Made by a program: the position numbers and the translations under genes. Below the pieces are notes generated by a model. The model ran no database searches. It was given only the letters and a program-made list of their open reading frames with translations, and had not been told where the DNA came from. DNA of 31,444 nucleotides, taken from a virus. Taxonomy: Duplodnaviria > Caudoviricetes. Below are positions 27,733-31,444 of the stretch, in pieces (the first letter of the stretch is position 1; each line of letters begins with the position of its first letter). The stretch spans positions 1 through 31,444 of IMG/VR virus record IMGVR_UViG_3300042154_001013. One strand, 5' to 3'.

Positions 27733-28124
27733 TTTGCTCCAAAATGTTTACTGATTGTAGACTGAGCCACACCGGTTAGCTTAGATATCATGCCCTGAGA
27801 TGTACCCTCAATCAAAACTCTCTCAATAATCTGATACTTTATCTGATCATTGTGTTTACCGTAAAGTATTTCCCTAATGTCTTCTAAAGAGTCTGGGTTT
27901 AAGTTACCGCCAGACTTAGAAGACTTTTGAGTGTAGCCACTGATGGTGGTGTAGCTCAGTCTACCCCTGCAAATAGCTTGCATTTGTCGATTAGAAAAGA
28001 CATTGTATTCCGCAAGATCTTGTATCCTCCAAACTAGCAGTTCTTTCTCCATCCCTTGCGCGTTATCTCTAATAAAAATTGCTAGGTTAATTGCCTGCAA
28101 TTGATGTGTTGCATTAATTGTCAT
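27729..28124 (-). CDS. Putative HTH DNA-binding protein
   Basis: Two HTH-like segments (FSNRQMQAI...LSYTTISGY; TSQGMISKLTGVAQSTISKH); ATGA overlaps. Confidence 0.6.
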   Translation of the reverse strand: MTINATHQLQAINLAIFIRDNAQGMEKELLVWRIQDLAEYNVFSNRQMQAICRGRLSYTTISGYTQKSSKSGGNLNPDSLEDIREILYGKHNDQIKYQIIERVLIEGTSQGMISKLTGVAQSTISKHFGAK

Positions 28125-30325
28125 TTAGTTACCTCCAAATAGGTTCTCATATTTTCTACCTTAACTACGATTCTTGCCTGAGACTTTAATGCATCAATCA
28201 TCTCATCAAATTCACGCTTACGCTTGTTACCAAACTTCTTGTATGCATCTTCATACTTCATGCGCCCACCTTTAGATGAAAGCAACAGCTCCAGCTGGTC
28301 AACTTCTCTCTGCCATTCAGATGCTGAGATAGCACCAGCCATGCGCACAAGATTACGGAACCACTGCTCCGCATAGTGCACAGCAATAAGTACATGCTTT
28401 GTTTCTACTTCATCAGACTTGTCATACATAGCTAGTAGCACTGCACACTTCCAGATAGATAGTGCTAGACGCTGACGTGCTGGCTCAATAGATTCTTCGT
28501 TGTGGTGACCTTTGCTGTAGTTACCCATGTCCCACTTGAAAGTGTTAAATCTAGCTAAAGCTTCATCAGTCATTCTTACAGGCCTAGGAAACGGTGCGCC
28601 TTTCTTCTGCCAATACAGAGTGCTGTCATATAGTGAGCGCACGATAGCTTCCATCTCGTCGTCTTGCTTAACAACTTCTTGCTCGTTAGACTGCTCGATA
28701 GCCTCACTCTCATAAGTTCTCTCTGGCGTGTCGGCAATCACATAAACGAAACGAGCAAGGAAACCACTGCGGAAATAATCTACAGTCAAAATCTCTGCAA
28801 CCTTACTAGTGATACCCATCAAGTACATGATAAAGTTTGTTTCAGCTCGCTCAGACTGCACTGCTTTAACAGATGATGTTGCGCCAGTAGCACGAATAAT
28901 AACCGGCACATGCCCATCATAAAGCTCTGTAAACTGATCTGCAGCAGCAGCCATATAAGTCTTAGTCACAAACTCCTTGAACATACCCTGGACTTCATCT
29001 CGGTGGAACAAAGAAGTTAACTTATCTCTACCAGACAAGTGCTTTACAAGAGCTTCAGCAGTTACGTTAGAACCAATGTCAATCTGGTAGCCAGCATATC
29101 TTTCAAAAGATCTCAGCATACGCAACATCAGCTGGCGGCTAGTAGACTTACGTGAAAGAGTTGTCTCACCCAATAGCATAAACCAAACATTCAAACCAAG
29201 CTTGCCATACTTAGGCGTAGCATATCCGATGTCAGAAAAACAAGAAGACAGTAGCGTAAACGCACTGGCTATCTGATACTCTACAGCACCATCAGTTTTC
29301 TTTTTAGCCCAGTCAACATACTTGTCAATAAAAGTTGGGTAACTCTCAACGACCTTGCGCTCATCATCAGTCAGCAAAGACACAACAACATCCTGAACCT
29401 GTGGCTCATCTTCAACTTCGTTAACAACAATACTTACAGTAGGATTAACTTGAAATGTTTGCTGTGCCCTAAGAACTTCACGCCACAAATCACCGTCAGG
29501 GTCAGCCCTGCGTGGACGATCAGGTCTAATATACTTGTTACATCTAGAAGCTTTAGCAACAGCAAAAACTTCATCAGCATTCAAACCTTGACGGAACAAC
29601 TCCAGTTCAAGTTTCCAAAGCATCTTGCTATAGTCTGCGTTAGGTCCAGGGATATCGCTGAACAAAGAAAGAATCTCAGGGTTGCTCTTAATCTTCATGA
29701 GCACACCATAAACTTCAGGAGTAATCTCGGGTTTAGGTGCAGTAGATAAATCTAAAACCTTATCAACTTCAACATCCTTGTAAACAGATTCAATTTCTTC
29801 AATCTTATAAACTAAACCATTAGTGGTAGCCTCAACCATCTGACTGTCACCATACTTAGTGTTACGGGTTTGTGGGATGCGCAAAAGCTTTGTAGGGTTC
29901 CAGCCGGAAAGATCACAGCCCTGATCCTTGTGTGCGTAAGCGATACGCTTAGCAAGCAGGGCTACACGCTGAGGGTCGGCCTCCTTATCTAGCACCCAAT
30001 ACGCATGCCAGCGACCCTCAGAAGTTTTAACACTAACAGTCGGTGCAAGCCTAAAGTTCTTAGGGTCACAAGTATCTGCATCAGCATAAACAGCTGAGAC
30101 AGTCTTAGCGTTCTCACGGATACGACGTTGCTCATGAAAAAGAATAGGGGAAAAATATACATCGTTACCAGAACGGTTAGACGCGTACTCACACATCTCT
30201 TCCATCTCATCTGGGTAGCTAAAAAACTTTTGCACAGTTGGTTGGCCTGCATTATCTTTAGTTACAACAGTTGCATATCCTGAGCCTGTGCCTAGCACTA
30301 GTTCAAGAAAACTTTTAATATCCAT
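28121..30325 (-). CDS. Primase-helicase (RepB/AEP-like primase plus DUF3987-like NTPase domain)
   Basis: DVYFSP, YADAD, KTSEGRWHAYW, LLRIP primase motifs; degenerate Walker A (GETTLSRKST), DE, and SGFLARF; SD GGAGGT. Confidence 0.85.
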   Translation of the reverse strand: MDIKSFLELVLGTGSGYATVVTKDNAGQPTVQKFFSYPDEMEEMCEYASNRSGNDVYFSPILFHEQRRIRENAKTVSAVYADADTCDPKNFRLAPTVSVKTSEGRWHAYWVLDKEADPQRVALLAKRIAYAHKDQGCDLSGWNPTKLLRIPQTRNTKYGDSQMVEATTNGLVYKIEEIESVYKDVEVDKVLDLSTAPKPEITPEVYGVLMKIKSNPEILSLFSDIPGPNADYSKMLWKLELELFRQGLNADEVFAVAKASRCNKYIRPDRPRRADPDGDLWREVLRAQQTFQVNPTVSIVVNEVEDEPQVQDVVVSLLTDDERKVVESYPTFIDKYVDWAKKKTDGAVEYQIASAFTLLSSCFSDIGYATPKYGKLGLNVWFMLLGETTLSRKSTSRQLMLRMLRSFERYAGYQIDIGSNVTAEALVKHLSGRDKLTSLFHRDEVQGMFKEFVTKTYMAAAADQFTELYDGHVPVIIRATGATSSVKAVQSERAETNFIMYLMGITSKVAEILTVDYFRSGFLARFVYVIADTPERTYESEAIEQSNEQEVVKQDDEMEAIVRSLYDSTLYWQKKGAPFPRPVRMTDEALARFNTFKWDMGNYSKGHHNEESIEPARQRLALSIWKCAVLLAMYDKSDEVETKHVLIAVHYAEQWFRNLVRMAGAISASEWQREVDQLELLLSSKGGRMKYEDAYKKFGNKRKREFDEMIDALKSQARIVVKVENMRTYLEVTK

Positions 30326-30338
30326 TTGCTACCTCCAT
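30315..30338 (-). other. Candidate leader minigene MEVANGY* overlapping the primase start
   Basis: AAGGAG-AATAA-ATG GAG GTA GCA AAT GGA TAT TAA; out of frame with the primase. Confidence 0.35.
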
Positions 30339-30351
30339 TTATTCTCCTTAT

Positions 30352-30426
30352 TGGTGCCCCGGTCGAGAATCGAACTCGAACTGTATCAGACAAAGGAGTT
30401 AAACCTGATACTCCGCCAGTAGGGGC
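30352..30426 (-). ncRNA. tRNA-like RNA (75 nt, CCA end) with an anti-SD loop in place of an anticodon
   Basis: GCCCC/GGGGC-A-CCA acceptor; perfect T arm TCGAG-TTCGATT-CTCGA; 8-bp stem GTATCAGG/TCTGATAC with loop TTTAACTCCTTTG; no D stem. Confidence 0.7.
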
Positions 30427-30429
30427 TTG

Positions 30430-30457
30430 TGAGCAGTTTTAAACCATGCTCAGGGTT
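30430..30457 (-). ncRNA. Compact H-type pseudoknot candidate
   Basis: AACC-CTGAGCAT-GGTT-TAAAAC-TGCTCA: stem 1 AACC/GGTT, stem 2 (T)GAGCA/TGCTC(A). Confidence 0.5.
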
Positions 30458-30465
30458 GCCCATTA

Positions 30466-30945
30466 CTACCAAATACCGCCAGTAGATGTTGGTGTTGCGC
30501 CCATTGACCTTAGAACTGCATCAACGTTACCGCTTGTTGCCGAAGTGAAACCGCCAACATTGTTTTCGTCCTCACCCGACATTGAGTTTGGGACTACAGT
30601 AACTTTAGCTCCGATTGCTTTACCCAAAAGTTCTTGGATCTCCGGAACCTGGAAGTTACCAGCTTTCATGTCGTAACCCAAAGCAGTGAAGAACGCCTGA
30701 GTTTTCCAGAAAGCCTTACCTGTGTACAGTGGAATGTAAGTAAACAGACGACGGTTAGCATACTCCTCACCGTCAGCAACCTTTAGCTGAACTTTCAGCT
30801 GTGGCTTACCTGCGTTTTCCCCACTCTTAACTTCGGTTAGTTCCGCAGAAAAGATAGTGGTTGAATATGTACCCTTAGGTAGAGCCTCGTAAGACCCTGT
30901 GTTTTGCTCTGTCAAGTCTCCGCTTGAAATGTTAATGATTGTCAT
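30466..30945 (-). CDS. DUF669-family putative ssDNA-binding protein
   Basis: 'YEALPKGTY...VKSGENAGKPQLKVQLKV' OB-like pattern; SD GGAGG; follows the AAA ATPase. Confidence 0.75.
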   Translation of the reverse strand: MTIINISSGDLTEQNTGSYEALPKGTYSTTIFSAELTEVKSGENAGKPQLKVQLKVADGEEYANRRLFTYIPLYTGKAFWKTQAFFTALGYDMKAGNFQVPEIQELLGKAIGAKVTVVPNSMSGEDENNVGGFTSATSGNVDAVLRSMGATPTSTGGIW

Positions 30946-31444
30946 TATTTGTTACCTCCTATAGTTTTGATTTCATCGATGATTTTTTTGATGCTTGGTG
31001 CATACATTTTTGGTGCAAGACCGAAACGATTACCAGTAACGAGTCGATCTGAGGACTGCAAGTATAGCACACGTTGCATGCCGTCCTCGGTTTTTTCACT
31101 GGTTAGATAACCAATGATGTCAGGGATAGCTGGTAGCGTACCCTTAGATGAGCCAGGGAGCATTGGAATAGTTTTAACTGCGCCAGTGTTCTCGTCTTTC
31201 TCATCCTGTGCGTGAGTAACAATGATTGATAGGAACGGTGCTCCATGGAATGCACGAATAAAATCATTCGTCCAGTTCTTAAGATCACCCCAACGACCAA
31301 ACTTGTTGTTTTTGTTCTCAGGCTTTTCGCCAAAGAACTTTTCTGCTCTATCCATGCAGACACCAAGTGTGTCGACAACAACTGTCTTGTACTTGTGTGG
31401 CTGTGAAGTTAGAGTGGTGATGATTGCCTGAAACTTTTCGTGTG
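30945..31444 (-). CDS. AAA_24 / Sak4-like ATPase, 5'-truncated
   Basis: Frame is open to the window edge (HEKFQAII...YKTVVVDTLG, Walker B); IIVTH, DIIGYL and GNRFGL motifs. Confidence 0.8.
   Translation of the reverse strand, partial: HEKFQAIITTLTSQPHKYKTVVVDTLGVCMDRAEKFFGEKPENKNNKFGRWGDLKNWTNDFIRAFHGAPFLSIIVTHAQDEKDENTGAVKTIPMLPGSSKGTLPAIPDIIGYLTSEKTEDGMQRVLYLQSSDRLVTGNRFGLAPKMYAPSIKKIIDEIKTIGGNK

Noticed and set aside
30352-30426. Canonical tRNA gene call
   Set aside because: No D stem, only 5 of 7 acceptor pairs, and a 13-nt loop on an 8-bp stem, so no anticodon can be assigned. Reported as a tRNA-like ncRNA instead.
31353-31355. ORF-track start of the AAA ATPase
   Set aside because: The Walker B motif lies upstream in the same open frame; the gene is truncated by the window edge.
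24903-31431. Plus-strand ORFs and alternative-frame minus ORFs (29989-30252, 31103-31381) in the replication block
   Set aside because: They lie within or across motif-supported genes and have no independent evidence.
1-31444. Stop-codon reassignment
   Set aside because: Genes tile tightly under the standard code, and TAA, TAG and TGA all terminate well-supported ORFs.
1-31444. Apparent abundance of AGCT and CTAG tetramers
   Set aside because: Plausibly explained by preference for GCT, CTA and AGA codons; it cannot be quantified without computation.

Overview
This is a 31.4-kb segment of a tailed dsDNA phage genome with siphovirus-type organisation. Gene content and protein style point to an actinobacterial host, plausibly a low-GC freshwater lineage; this is inference only. 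The + strand (1-24718) carries a virion and lysis operon: three fibre-like proteins placed unusually upstream of the neck genes, head-tail connectors, an internally duplicated major tail protein, a tail assembly chaperone with a -1 frameshift, a giant 3493-aa tape measure protein, five minor tail proteins, an M23 endolysin and two membrane (holin-like) genes. A bidirectional terminator at about 24736-24771 separates this from a convergent - strand block: a HiPIP-like fusion protein, an FmdB Zn ribbon, a metallophosphoesterase, a RuvC-like resolvase, a primase-helicase, a DUF669 SSB-like protein and an AAA ATPase. Three observations stand out. (1) An apparently intact DEDDh 3'-5' exonuclease domain lies inside a roughly 2000-aa extra region of the tape measure protein. 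(2) A 75-nt CCA-ending tRNA-mimic carries an anti-Shine-Dalgarno sequence in its 'anticodon' loop; it is preceded by an H-type pseudoknot and followed by a minigene overlapping the primase start. (3) A second large-loop hairpin has a loop complementary to the RBS region of the downstream chaperone gene. All family assignments come from recognising motifs by eye; no searches were run.
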